A stretch of DNA of 64,000 bases. It comes from Candidatus Saccharimonadales bacterium (lineage in GTDB: Bacteria; Patescibacteriota; Saccharimonadia; Saccharimonadales; JACQNP01). Positions 20,648-30,675 of the stretch are shown piece by piece (positions within the stretch are counted from its first letter, which is position 1; each line of letters begins with the position of its first letter). The notes beneath the pieces were generated by a model that saw nothing but the letters and a program-made list of their open reading frames with translations, had not been told where the DNA came from and made no database searches. Position numbers and translations under genes: made by a program. The DNA lies in the NCBI GenBank assembly GCA_041742395.1, contig JBGSIS010000005.1:18696-82695 (forward strand). The letters run 5' to 3'.

Positions 20648-20658
20648 ATATTTATATT

Positions 20659-21222
20659 GTGATAGGAATAGATGAAGTTGGTCGAGGCTGTTGGGCAGGT
20701 CCGCTATTAGTTGTTGCTGCGAAGCAGAAAAGAGATATAAATTTAAATCTTAAAGATTCTAAGAAACTTACAAGAAAGCAAAGACAAGACCTTTATCCGT
20801 TAATAAACAAGGGATATTTTATTGGTGAAGGATGGGTTTCTGAGAGCGAAGTAGATTGCCTTGGTTTAACTGAATCTATGCGGTTGGGTGTCGAACGGGC
20901 ATTATCTGATATCAATGCCGTAGAAGATGAAGAAATAATCATAGATGGCAATATTAACTACTGTAGCCAAAAATATAGGAAATCAAAATCTTTAGTTAAG
21001 GCAGATGAAAAAATAGTTGACGTTTCTGCAGCAAGTATTTACGCAAAAGTTAAAAGAGATAATTATATGAGATTGATTGCCATAAAATACCCAGGATATG
21101 ATTTCGAGAATAACGTAGGTTACGGTACATTAAAGCACATCAATGCTCTGTATGAACTAGGTACTTGTGAAATTCATAGAAAATCATACAAACCTATTAA
21201 GAAAATCATAAATAATCAGTAA
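20659..21222 (+). CDS. rnhB: Ribonuclease HII
   Basis: IGIDEVGRGCWAGPLLVVAA is present. Size is 187 aa. GTG start. Confidence 0.9.
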   Translation: MIGIDEVGRGCWAGPLLVVAAKQKRDINLNLKDSKKLTRKQRQDLYPLINKGYFIGEGWVSESEVDCLGLTESMRLGVERALSDINAVEDEEIIIDGNINYCSQKYRKSKSLVKADEKIVDVSAASIYAKVKRDNYMRLIAIKYPGYDFENNVGYGTLKHINALYELGTCEIHRKSYKPIKKIINNQ

Positions 21223-21375
21223 ATCTAGAACAATAAATAAGGATAGTAATTTTAAATAATAGTATTAAAAATATCAGTTGAACGAAGTTAGCCTTTTTAG
21301 TTGAGGACTAAATTATTCAATTATCTAGTATATATTAATCTAGGTGATTCTCTGATCTGGCACTAGTAGGCCACG

Positions 21376-23925
21376 TTATTTCTTAAACCAATTTTTTAAA
21401 TCTTGAAGGTTGCTATCTTTCCAGTTTATTTGCCATTCCATAGATTCAAGACCTTGACTAATTGATCTATCAAGAGATGAATTCCTGAGAGGTTCAAAGA
21501 AATTAGAGTATTCTTTTATGAACTTTTTATCACTAAAGACGTTGGCAGCATAAAGAGGGAATCTATAGAAACTTAAGTCACTTCCAATGTTCTTTTCAAG
21601 CCAAGCCCAGTTTTCTTTTAGCCAAGCCCAAGTAATTTTTTTAGCGAATCGATTCGAGAAACTATAAACTACCCAATAACTTATGTCCTGTAGACGCACA
21701 TTATCAGTTTTAATTAGTCCTAGAGCTTTTGTTATAAGTTTTTCATCTTTGAATCCAGTTAGTGCTGAAGCTAATACTGTCTTTTCTTCACTTAAAGAAC
21801 TTTCCGCATACATTTTAAATATTTTACTATAAGTTTTTTCGTCATTATTTTGTCTGACGGCAGTAGAAATAACTAATGACCTGAAATCAGGTGAAATATC
21901 TTTTATGGACTTGGATTTATCGAATACTTCCATAGCGTTCTTAATTGACGTTTTTTCGTCAGCACTGCTCGATAAAGCTAATATTGTAGGCCTAAGGAGA
22001 AGATCGAAATAGTCGTCTTTGTTTGAAGGATCCCAGCCAAGTCTTTCGAGCTGTAATGACGTTAAGTTAACAATATAAGGTTTCATAGCCTCACGTAAAT
22101 CCTCGTCATCCATAACTTGCCTGATAGATCCAATTGACATTGCAATTACATCCCAAACGGCGTTATTGTCCTCGTTTGAATAATTTTTAAGGAAGTTTAA
22201 TATACTTACCGCTGGCGTAATACCTGCTTTACTTACTTCAATTAAATCACTTAAAAGACCAAGCCTATCTATTGGCGAGAGTTTTCCAGCTTTAACGTTT
22301 GAACCGAGATCTTTCAATAAGCTATCTGAATAATTAACTCTGTAAAATCCCGTTTGCCCTTGATTCAACTTAACAAAATTTGCAGCTTTAAGTTCTTGTT
22401 CTTTTTTATCAAAAAGCTCAGGATATGCACTATTGTTTGATTCAAGTGCTATTGGCCATAATTTATCTGAATGTTTGGAGTGTTTTGGATTTACATAAAA
22501 CCGTGTTTGCTTGATTGATATTTTGTCATCTAACTTATTAACGCTTACCAAAGGAAAGCCACTAAATGAAGTCCAAGAGTGCATGAATTGTTTAACAGGT
22601 TTATTAGAAACATCTTCTAACGCTTGCCATAAATCTATTGTGTCAGTATTCTTGAATGAATGTATTTTAAGATAATGACCTAAGCCTTGTCTGAATAGTT
22701 CAGCCCCTAGATATCCATTTAGCATGTGGATAGCACTAGCTCCTTTAGAATAACTAATTGTGTCAAAAATAGTTCTTATTTCATCAGGGTGTTTTATCGC
22801 AACTTCTATTGGATGGGTGTTTTCTAGAGCATCTAATTTTAAGGCTCTGAGTTGTTCATCAACTGTAAATTGAGTCCACATCTGCCATTCTGGAAAAATG
22901 TGATCAACAGCCATATATTCAATCCAGCTAGCAAATCCTTCATTAAGCCAAAGATCAGTCCACCACCTCATAGTAACTAGATTGCCAAACCATTGGTGAG
23001 CTAGCTCGTGAGCAACTACCATAGCTACATATTGTTTGGTTGGAAGCGAAGTATTGTTCGGATCTACTAACATGCACTGTTCTCGATATGTAATAAGTCC
23101 CCAATTTTCCATTGCCCCAGAAGCAAAATCTGGTAAAGCTATCATGTCGCATTTTTCAAGAGGATATTTAATATCAAAATAATCTTCGTAGAAATCTAGG
23201 AATTTTACCGCAACATCCAATGAAAAGTCAGTGAACTGTACATTATCGGGTGTAGCGTATGCTCTGACTTTTATACCCGACTTTGTTTTCGACTCTTTGT
23301 ATTCAATTTCTCCGTAGACAAATGCCAATAAATAAGTCGACATAATTGGCGTTTCTTCAAAAGTAGTCATCTTGATATTTTTTGTAATTTTTTCAGATTC
23401 TATAGGAGTATTAGATAAAACAGTTTCTTTTGAAGGTGTGACCATTGTTAATTTAAATATCGCTTTTGCTTCTGGTTCATCTATACAAGGAAAAACTTCT
23501 CTAGCGTGATGACTTTCAAATTGGGTTGCGATAAGTTGCTTATTAGCATCTAGATGCTTAAATTCAGAAGGGTAAATACCATTCATATTTTTAGAAATTC
23601 TGCCTTTAAAATCAATTTCAACTTCGTACTCCCCGGAATAAACATTTTCACCTAGGTGAATCCTTGCTTCATCATAACCGCTGTGGGTATTTACTCTTAA
23701 GACTTTTAGCTCTACCTTAGTACCTTTAGATAGTTTGAAGACTTTAGCATTACTAATATTAAGATCTTTTTGATGAAAGGTTAGCCTTTTGGACGGTTTA
23801 CCGATTTTTATACCAGATATTTTTATTTTTCCTTCAAATGTCATTTTGTCTCTGTCTGGACTAAGTTTTAACTCATATCTAGACGGTTTAAATTCACAAT
23901 ATAAACGTTTTACATTTTTTCTCAT
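21376..23925 (-). CDS. pepN: Aminopeptidase N (M1 family)
   Basis: HEXXH-(18)-E reads VVAHELAHQWFGNLVTMRWWTDLWLNEGFASW, and the GAMEN motif is present. Size is 849 aa. Confidence 0.9.
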   Translation of the reverse strand: MRKNVKRLYCEFKPSRYELKLSPDRDKMTFEGKIKISGIKIGKPSKRLTFHQKDLNISNAKVFKLSKGTKVELKVLRVNTHSGYDEARIHLGENVYSGEYEVEIDFKGRISKNMNGIYPSEFKHLDANKQLIATQFESHHAREVFPCIDEPEAKAIFKLTMVTPSKETVLSNTPIESEKITKNIKMTTFEETPIMSTYLLAFVYGEIEYKESKTKSGIKVRAYATPDNVQFTDFSLDVAVKFLDFYEDYFDIKYPLEKCDMIALPDFASGAMENWGLITYREQCMLVDPNNTSLPTKQYVAMVVAHELAHQWFGNLVTMRWWTDLWLNEGFASWIEYMAVDHIFPEWQMWTQFTVDEQLRALKLDALENTHPIEVAIKHPDEIRTIFDTISYSKGASAIHMLNGYLGAELFRQGLGHYLKIHSFKNTDTIDLWQALEDVSNKPVKQFMHSWTSFSGFPLVSVNKLDDKISIKQTRFYVNPKHSKHSDKLWPIALESNNSAYPELFDKKEQELKAANFVKLNQGQTGFYRVNYSDSLLKDLGSNVKAGKLSPIDRLGLLSDLIEVSKAGITPAVSILNFLKNYSNEDNNAVWDVIAMSIGSIRQVMDDEDLREAMKPYIVNLTSLQLERLGWDPSNKDDYFDLLLRPTILALSSSADEKTSIKNAMEVFDKSKSIKDISPDFRSLVISTAVRQNNDEKTYSKIFKMYAESSLSEEKTVLASALTGFKDEKLITKALGLIKTDNVRLQDISYWVVYSFSNRFAKKITWAWLKENWAWLEKNIGSDLSFYRFPLYAANVFSDKKFIKEYSNFFEPLRNSSLDRSISQGLESMEWQINWKDSNLQDLKNWFKK

Positions 23926-24039
23926 AGATTTGATTGTAGCACTAAATTTGACATAAATATGTGGTGTTTAGTACAATTAGGTTGTTAGTCCGGCCAGTCA
24001 GGTCGGATTTTTTCATGAAAGAGACAACGAAAGGAAAAT

Positions 24040-25194
24040 ATGGATTTAGACATTAAACAGTTGGCCATGGCGCTAAAGGCAATTGCAGAAGAAAAGAACT
24101 TACCCGAAGACGTGGTACAAGAAGTTGTTGAACAGGCTCTTGCCGCAGCATATAGACGTGATTATGGTGACAGAGACCAAGAAGTTAGAGTTAATATGAA
24201 CCTAAATAACGGTGAGGTTGACGCATACATAACAAAAGAAGTAGTTGAGCGAGTTGGAGATGATAAATATGAGATCAGTCTAAGTGATGCTCAGGTAATG
24301 AAAAAGAACGCTCAAATCGGTGATATGATTGAGTTACATCAACCAGTTGAAAGTTTTGGACGGGTTGCTGCCCAGACTGCTAAACAAGTAATTCTTCAAC
24401 GACTAAGAGATGCAGAGCGAGAAATAATTATGAATGAATACGAAGACAAAATCGGTACGGTAATTAATGCTATTGTAGCTAGAGTAGAAGGAAGAGTAGT
24501 TAGAGTTGATCTAGGTAAAGCTCAAGGAATTATGCCTATGAGCGAACAGATACAGGGTGAGAGGTATTACCCTGGTCAACGTTTGAAAGTATTTCTTAAG
24601 GATGTCGAAAGAGGTTTTAGAGGACCTCAGTTAGTTGTTTCGCGAGGAAATACTGCATTTGTAGAGTGGTTATTTAAAGCTGAAGTTCCAGAAATGGAGA
24701 ACGGTGCTGTAGAAATAAAGGGTATTGCAAGAGAAGCTGGTGTAAGAACAAAAATCGCTGTAAGTAGTAATGTACCTGGTGTCGATCCGGTAGGTACTTT
24801 TGTTGGTGGACATGGAACACGAGTTAACGCAGTAATGAGCGAAATTGGCGAACAGGAAAAAATAGATATCGTAATTTGGGACGAAAATATAAAGAACTAC
24901 ATAATTAATAGTTTGAGTCCTACGAAAGTTGAGTCTGTTGAAATTGATGATTCAATTCAGAAAGCAAAGGTCATAGTTCCAAAGGATCAGCTAAGTATTG
25001 CTATCGGTAAGAGCGGTCAGAATGTACGTCTAGCAAGTAAATTAACTGGACACGATATTGATATTATTTCAGGTGAAGAAAAGGAAGAGGTAGTTGAAAA
25101 AGAAGAGCTAAAGCCGATAGCCCCTCCAAAACTCAAGAAGAAAGAGCAGCTAGAATCTAGCTTGTTAGAAGCCATCGAAGAACACGGCGAATAA
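24040..25194 (+). CDS. nusA: Transcription termination/antitermination factor NusA
   Basis: The N-terminal domain, S1 and tandem KH domains (IGKSGQNVRLASKLTG) are present. Size is 384 aa. RBS AAAGGAAAA. Confidence 0.95.
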   Translation: MDLDIKQLAMALKAIAEEKNLPEDVVQEVVEQALAAAYRRDYGDRDQEVRVNMNLNNGEVDAYITKEVVERVGDDKYEISLSDAQVMKKNAQIGDMIELHQPVESFGRVAAQTAKQVILQRLRDAEREIIMNEYEDKIGTVINAIVARVEGRVVRVDLGKAQGIMPMSEQIQGERYYPGQRLKVFLKDVERGFRGPQLVVSRGNTAFVEWLFKAEVPEMENGAVEIKGIAREAGVRTKIAVSSNVPGVDPVGTFVGGHGTRVNAVMSEIGEQEKIDIVIWDENIKNYIINSLSPTKVESVEIDDSIQKAKVIVPKDQLSIAIGKSGQNVRLASKLTGHDIDIISGEEKEEVVEKEELKPIAPPKLKKKEQLESSLLEAIEEHGE

Positions 25195-25761
25195 ATGAAA
25201 AACCCTGAGAAAGGTGCAGGGTGGGAAATAGTAAGAGAGTATACGGAACCAGAATTAGCAATTAAGGCTGGTATACAAGTATTGGATTTAATTGAAAGTG
25301 ACTCAAAATACATTCGAGAGTATGGAAACTACAATCGTCCCGGTCAAGAAAACTTAAAGTCATTTAGATTTTTTGCCTGGCATCCTGGTACTTTTCCGAA
25401 TCACCCAAACACTATTCAGGCCGATCCATTAGAATCCGCTAATGCAAGAGAACTAATTGATTTACACAGAAGATCTTCAAAGGTAGTGTCTCGAAAAGTT
25501 AATGCTGCTCAAATTAATGTATTTGAAGAACAGGGTCATACTTGGAGACACCGAGACAGATTTGTCGGTGAAAGTTTAGTGGTTTCATTATTAGGTTTAG
25601 GTCTAGTTCAAATTAAAGACCCTGTTTTTGGAACTAAACATAGTTATGAGTTGATCCCTGGAGATGCTTTGAAATTAAATAATCCTAGAAAACAATCGGA
25701 AAGGCCCTTGCATAAAGTTAGTAATATAGGAAAAGGAAAAAGAGTTACTTTGATTGAATAA
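25195..25761 (+). CDS. Hypothetical protein (188 aa) translationally coupled to nusA
   Basis: Its ATG immediately follows the nusA TAA. No recognisable motif; it is not YlxR-like. It is followed by a CIRCE hairpin. Confidence 0.5.
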   Translation: MKNPEKGAGWEIVREYTEPELAIKAGIQVLDLIESDSKYIREYGNYNRPGQENLKSFRFFAWHPGTFPNHPNTIQADPLESANARELIDLHRRSSKVVSRKVNAAQINVFEEQGHTWRHRDRFVGESLVVSLLGLGLVQIKDPVFGTKHSYELIPGDALKLNNPRKQSERPLHKVSNIGKGKRVTLIE

Positions 25762-25762
25762 A

Positions 25763-25789
25763 TTAGCACTCAGAGTTGACGAGTGCTAA
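25763..25789 (+). promoter_or_regulatory. CIRCE element (HrcA operator) upstream of clpC
   Basis: A perfect match to the consensus TTAGCACTC-N9-GAGTGCTAA, with N9 = AGAGTTGAC. Confidence 0.75.
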
Positions 25790-25804
25790 TTAATGAATTA
25801 TTAT
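25776..25804 (+). promoter_or_regulatory. Sigma70-like clpC promoter overlapping the CIRCE (-35 TTGACG in the CIRCE spacer, 17 nt, -10 TATTAT)
   Basis: TTGACG at 25776-25781 and TATTAT at 25799-25804. A leader of about 48 nt with SD AAAGGGG precedes the ATG at 25853. Confidence 0.55.
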
Positions 25805-25852
25805 TGTTTGTATAGCGTTTTAAATAGTTGCGCTAAAAGGGGTACAATAATT

Positions 25853-28327
25853 ATGATGCCAAACTCACAAAACTTTAATGAATTCTTAAATAACTTAACT
25901 GAAAATGCTCAAGCAAGTATTCGTCATGCTGACGCAATATCTAGGAGCTTTGGAAGTGCTTATATTGGAACTGAACATTTACTACTTGGTGTTTTAGCTC
26001 AAGATTCTTGTATTGGGTCAAAAATTCTTGAAGATGCAGGCGTTACTCTCGATAGGGCGAGATTAGCTTTAAATTTAACTCCAAAGACACTGGTCATAAA
26101 TTATGGCGGCAAAGGACTAAGTGAAACAGCTAAATTAACACTCAGAATGGCCTATGAATTCTCACAGGAATTTAATCAAGAGTACTGCGGAACTGAGCAC
26201 ATTTTATATAGCATTTTAAGTCAAAAAAATGCAAGAGCAACTATTTTGCTTAAAGACATGAACATTGACGTAGAGAAACTTCTTACAGAAATAGAACAGT
26301 TCTTAAATAGACAGCAATATGAAGGCAATGGAGATTCTACTACAAGGAAAAGGTCTAAGAACAAACGAAAAACAGCACTTGATTTCTTCGGTACAGATTT
26401 AACTGCTGAGGCAAGATCAAAAAAACTGGATCCCGTTGTTGGTCGAGAGAATGAAATAAGGAGAGTAATAACTATTCTTAATAGAAGAACAAAAAATAAT
26501 CCTGTTTTAATTGGTGAACCTGGAGTGGGAAAAACAGCAATAGTTGAAGGTCTTGCACAACGAATAATTTCTGATGATGTTCCAGATAGTCTGGTAGATA
26601 AAAGAATAGTTATGCTTGATCTTGCAGGCATGATTGCTGGCACAAAGTATCGAGGGGAATTTGAAGAACGACTCAAAAAAGTAATGACTGAATTAGAGAA
26701 TGACAGTAAGACTATTGTATTCATAGATGAACTTCATTTAATTGTTGGTGCTGGAGCAGCAGAGGGTGCAATGGACGCTGGAAATATTCTAAAACCAGCT
26801 CTTGCTAGAAGTAAAATACAGCTAATTGGAGCTACTACCACCGCAGAATATACTAAGCATATTGAAAAAGATGCAGCACTTGAAAGAAGATTTCAACCTA
26901 TACAAGTTCCCGAAACTTCGCCTACAGAGACAGTAGCTATTTTAAAAGGTCTTAAAAAGCATTATGAAGAATTTCATGGAGTGAGCATTGATGACGTTGT
27001 CATAGAAGACACTGTAATGTTAGCAAAAAGATATATAAATGATAGGTTTCTACCAGACAAGGCAATTGATTTGATTGATGAGACATCTGCACATATCAGG
27101 ATAGATAAGGGACGCACATCTCCAGAAGAGAGAAAACTCAAGAAGGAACTCAAGTTAGTTAATGGTCGAATCGAAGATGCAGTAGATAATGAAGATTACG
27201 AAAGAGCCGCGGAATATAAACAACGCGCAAGCCAAATTAATCAGCAACTTGTCGAATTAGAAAAAGCAAATAAAAACAATAGAACTCTTAAAGTAACAAG
27301 TGAAGATGTTGCATCGGTAGTTTCGCGTATAACAGGAGTGCCGGTAAGTAAGGTTATTAAGTCAGAAGCTAAATACTTGCTTAATTTGGAGAACATTATT
27401 TCCAAGCACGTTATTGGTCAAGAAGAAGCGATAAATGCTGTATCAAGAGCAATAAGGCGAAACAGGGTAGGTATTGCAAGTGAAAAACGACCAATTGGAT
27501 CATTTATTTTCTTGGGTCCCACTGGAGTAGGAAAGACAGAGTTAGCAAGGGTATTATCACGAGAGTTTTTTGGAAGTGAGGATGCTTTAGTAAAAATAGA
27601 TATGAGTGAGTTTAGTGAACGACATACGGTCTCTAGGCTAGTAGGTGCACCAGCAGGATACGTTGGCTATGATGAAGGCGGGCAGTTGACCGATAAAATT
27701 AGACGCCAACCCTATAGTCTAGTGCTTTTTGATGAAATAGAGAAAGCTCATCCGGAAATATTTAATATGTTACTTCAAATATTAGAAGATGGAGTTTTGA
27801 CGGATGCCAAAGGTAGAAAAATAGATTTCACAAATACTATTATAATAATGACCAGTAATCTAGGTGCAGATAAACTTCAAAAAGAAGCACATCTTGGCTT
27901 TCACGTTTCAACCAAAAAAGAAAATCAAGATCTTGAAGAACTACATAAAACCAATCAGGAGAAAGTGCGTGATGAGTTAAAGAAAATGTTAAGACCTGAA
28001 TTATTAAATCGAATTGATAAGACTATAGTTTTCAGGGCTCTGACAGTATCGAACGTTGAGAAGATTTTAGACCTCCAGATTGGTGAATTAAAAAAGAGGT
28101 TAGTAAAGCACGGGATAGGTCTAAAACTAACTAATTCAGCAAAGAAATATTTACTTGATAACGGATATGACCCACTGAATGGAGCCAGGCCTTTAAGACG
28201 ATTAATTCAGGATACAATTGAGGATCATTTATCTATTAAATTACTTGAAGAAGAATATCATAAGGGTGCGATTATAAAGGTTTCGGCTAAAAATAGCGGT
28301 TTAGCTTATAGTATAGTTCAAGAGTAA
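25853..28327 (+). CDS. clpC: ATP-dependent Clp protease ATP-binding subunit ClpC (class III AAA+)
   Basis: Clp-N repeats, two AAA+ modules ([14 protein letters not shown] and [14 protein letters not shown]) and a UVR-like linker are present. I chose the start at MMPNSQ because the 25793 ATG lies inside the promoter and CIRCE. Confidence 0.9.
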   Translation: MMPNSQNFNEFLNNLTENAQASIRHADAISRSFGSAYIGTEHLLLGVLAQDSCIGSKILEDAGVTLDRARLALNLTPKTLVINYGGKGLSETAKLTLRMAYEFSQEFNQEYCGTEHILYSILSQKNARATILLKDMNIDVEKLLTEIEQFLNRQQYEGNGDSTTRKRSKNKRKTALDFFGTDLTAEARSKKLDPVVGRENEIRRVITILNRRTKNNPVLIGEPGVGKTAIVEGLAQRIISDDVPDSLVDKRIVMLDLAGMIAGTKYRGEFEERLKKVMTELENDSKTIVFIDELHLIVGAGAAEGAMDAGNILKPALARSKIQLIGATTTAEYTKHIEKDAALERRFQPIQVPETSPTETVAILKGLKKHYEEFHGVSIDDVVIEDTVMLAKRYINDRFLPDKAIDLIDETSAHIRIDKGRTSPEERKLKKELKLVNGRIEDAVDNEDYERAAEYKQRASQINQQLVELEKANKNNRTLKVTSEDVASVVSRITGVPVSKVIKSEAKYLLNLENIISKHVIGQEEAINAVSRAIRRNRVGIASEKRPIGSFIFLGPTGVGKTELARVLSREFFGSEDALVKIDMSEFSERHTVSRLVGAPAGYVGYDEGGQLTDKIRRQPYSLVLFDEIEKAHPEIFNMLLQILEDGVLTDAKGRKIDFTNTIIIMTSNLGADKLQKEAHLGFHVSTKKENQDLEELHKTNQEKVRDELKKMLRPELLNRIDKTIVFRALTVSNVEKILDLQIGELKKRLVKHGIGLKLTNSAKKYLLDNGYDPLNGARPLRRLIQDTIEDHLSIKLLEEEYHKGAIIKVSAKNSGLAYSIVQE

Positions 28328-28339
28328 TGCTAGAATAAA

Positions 28340-29314
28340 ATGGTGAAAACGAAGTTAAGATTATTCACTAATGTGATTTCTATAGTTTTATTAATATTAG
28401 TTGTTTTCGCCTACTTTCAAAGACAACAGATATATGACTGGTACCGACTAAGAGGATATAATCCTTCAGCCGAAATTGTAGCATTAGCTGAATTAACTAC
28501 TATGAACAGTGAAGGTAGGCGATTATTTTACATTAATCAGCCTGATATTCAGGACAAAGAGGAATTTTCGCAAAACTGCACAATTGCTGAAGAAAGTATT
28601 ATTTTAGGTTGCTATGTATCAAATAGCGGAATTTATATTTATGATGTAAAGGATGAAAGATTGAGCGGTATAGAAGAAGTTACTGCTGCTCATGAAATGC
28701 TTCACGCAGCTTACGATAGACTTTCAGATAAAGAAAGAAACAAGATAGATAGCTTAACTAGCGAAGAGCTTACAAAAATAAGTAACGAAAGACTGCTTAA
28801 AACAATTGAAAGTTATCGTAAAAGAGATCCTAGCGTTATACCCAACGAACTCCATTCAATACTTGCTACTGAAGTAAAAGACTTATCACCAGAATTAGAG
28901 GAATATTATTCACGTTATTTCGAAAGGAGACTTACTATTGTTGAGTTATCAGAAAAGTACGAAAGTAATTTTACTGAACTTGAAGACCGAGCCGATAAAT
29001 ACAAGCAGCAGTTAGATAGCTTGAAGCAGGAGATCGATAAACTAAACCAAGAGCTTACCGCGGAAGCAGAAGAATTAAGTGACGATTACGATAGTTTACA
29101 ATCTAGCAGAAATTCTAGCTCCGCTGATGTTTTTAATGAAAACGCAAGATTATATAACTTGAGAGTAAACGAATATAATTATCAAGTCACTATTGTTACC
29201 AAAAAAATAGATAGCTACAATTCAATTCTATCTGATTACAATTCAATAATTACCCAAGAGAACGAACTATACAACGCAATTGACAGCAGACCAAAAACTA
29301 TTAACAGCCAGTAG
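28340..29314 (+). CDS. Hypothetical membrane-anchored protein with an HEXXH motif and a C-terminal coiled-coil
   Basis: N-terminal TM (VISIVLLILVVFAYF), then AAHEMLHAAY (HExxH), then Q/E/L-rich heptads. Confidence 0.5.
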   Translation: MVKTKLRLFTNVISIVLLILVVFAYFQRQQIYDWYRLRGYNPSAEIVALAELTTMNSEGRRLFYINQPDIQDKEEFSQNCTIAEESIILGCYVSNSGIYIYDVKDERLSGIEEVTAAHEMLHAAYDRLSDKERNKIDSLTSEELTKISNERLLKTIESYRKRDPSVIPNELHSILATEVKDLSPELEEYYSRYFERRLTIVELSEKYESNFTELEDRADKYKQQLDSLKQEIDKLNQELTAEAEELSDDYDSLQSSRNSSSADVFNENARLYNLRVNEYNYQVTIVTKKIDSYNSILSDYNSIITQENELYNAIDSRPKTINSQ

Positions 29315-29331
29315 TTTGTTAGAATATATAT

Positions 29332-30675
29332 ATGGCAAAGCAAAAAATTAAATATCAGTGTAATAGTTGTGGAGCAATCTCTTTGACATGGAGCGGAAAA
29401 TGCTATAGCTGTGGCGAGTGGAATACGCTAAGTGAAAAAATTGATGAACAAGATATAAAGTCTTTTGCCAGTAGTGGGAACAAGCTAATAATTCAATCAT
29501 TGAAAGAATCAACAAAAAAAGATCACAAACGACTGGTAAGTAATCTTAATGAATTCGATGAAATGATTGGAGGGGGAATTGTAAGGGGTAGTGTAAACCT
29601 AATTGCAGGTCAACCGGGTATCGGAAAAAGTACTTTGCTTCTTCAGATTGCATTTAATTTGTCTAAGAACTACAAGGTATTATATGTTAGTGGTGAAGAG
29701 TCACTGCATCAGATTGGTATGCGAGCAAAGAGATTGGGTGTACTGAGCGATAGTATTGAAATTGCTACAAGTAATGTGGCTGATGACATAGCTAAGAGTA
29801 TTTTAGAATCATCCTATGATTTGATAATTGTAGATTCTATTCAGACTATAAGTTGTAATGGCGTAAGTTCTGTAGCTGGATCCGTTAGTCAAATAACCAA
29901 TAGCACGAACATGTTGACATACTCAGCAAAAAAATCAGACACAGCACTTATAATTGTTGGACATGTAACCAAAGAAGGATCAATCGCTGGACCAAAAGTA
30001 TTAGAGCATTTAGTGGATGTGGTGCTTCAGATCGAAGGTGACAGGTATGGCGGTTTCAAAATTATTCGACCAATAAAAAACCGTTTTGGCTCAACTAGCG
30101 AATCAGCAATTTTTGAAATGACAGAAAAGGGAATGGAACCAGTAGATAACCCGTCTGCTGCATTACTAGCCGAAAGACAAGTTACTGATGGTTCAGTCGT
30201 TATGGCCACTATAGAGGGCTCAAGACCATTATTGGTCGAAGTTCAAGCCTTAGTTAACAAAACAAGCTATGGCTATCCAAAAAGGGCTGCTAGTGGCATT
30301 GATCTAAATAGATTAAATCTCCTAGTAGCAATGCTAGAAAAGCGCACCAAAATTGATTTATCTGATAAAGATATATATATCAATATTGTTGGAGGCATAA
30401 AGTTGAACGAACCTGCTAGTGACTTGGCTATTTGTATGGCAATTGCTTCTGCATCAAAATCGATGATGCTAAAGAAGAATCTTGTAGTATTTGGTGAAAT
30501 TGGACTTTCTGGTGAGATTCGTCATGTTCCTCATATTGATAAAAGGATAAAAGAAGCCACTAAACTTGGTTTTGATGGAGCAGCTGGTCCAATATCCACT
30601 AAAAAGATTAATAAATACCTTGGTTTTAGAAATATAAAAGAAATACTAAATAATTTGTTAGAGAAAGATTTATAA
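29332..30675 (+). CDS. radA: DNA repair protein RadA/Sms
   Basis: C4 zinc finger (CNSCGAISLTWSGKCYSCGEW), Walker A GQPGIGKSTLLLQ, KNRFG and the Lon-like C-terminal domain are present. Confidence 0.95.
   Translation: MAKQKIKYQCNSCGAISLTWSGKCYSCGEWNTLSEKIDEQDIKSFASSGNKLIIQSLKESTKKDHKRLVSNLNEFDEMIGGGIVRGSVNLIAGQPGIGKSTLLLQIAFNLSKNYKVLYVSGEESLHQIGMRAKRLGVLSDSIEIATSNVADDIAKSILESSYDLIIVDSIQTISCNGVSSVAGSVSQITNSTNMLTYSAKKSDTALIIVGHVTKEGSIAGPKVLEHLVDVVLQIEGDRYGGFKIIRPIKNRFGSTSESAIFEMTEKGMEPVDNPSAALLAERQVTDGSVVMATIEGSRPLLVEVQALVNKTSYGYPKRAASGIDLNRLNLLVAMLEKRTKIDLSDKDIYINIVGGIKLNEPASDLAICMAIASASKSMMLKKNLVVFGEIGLSGEIRHVPHIDKRIKEATKLGFDGAAGPISTKKINKYLGFRNIKEILNNLLEKDL

Noticed and set aside
25793-25852. 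Upstream ATG start for clpC (MNYYCLYSV…)
   Set aside because: It lies inside the CIRCE and promoter. The downstream ATG at 25853 has an SD and gives a canonical Clp-N N-terminus.
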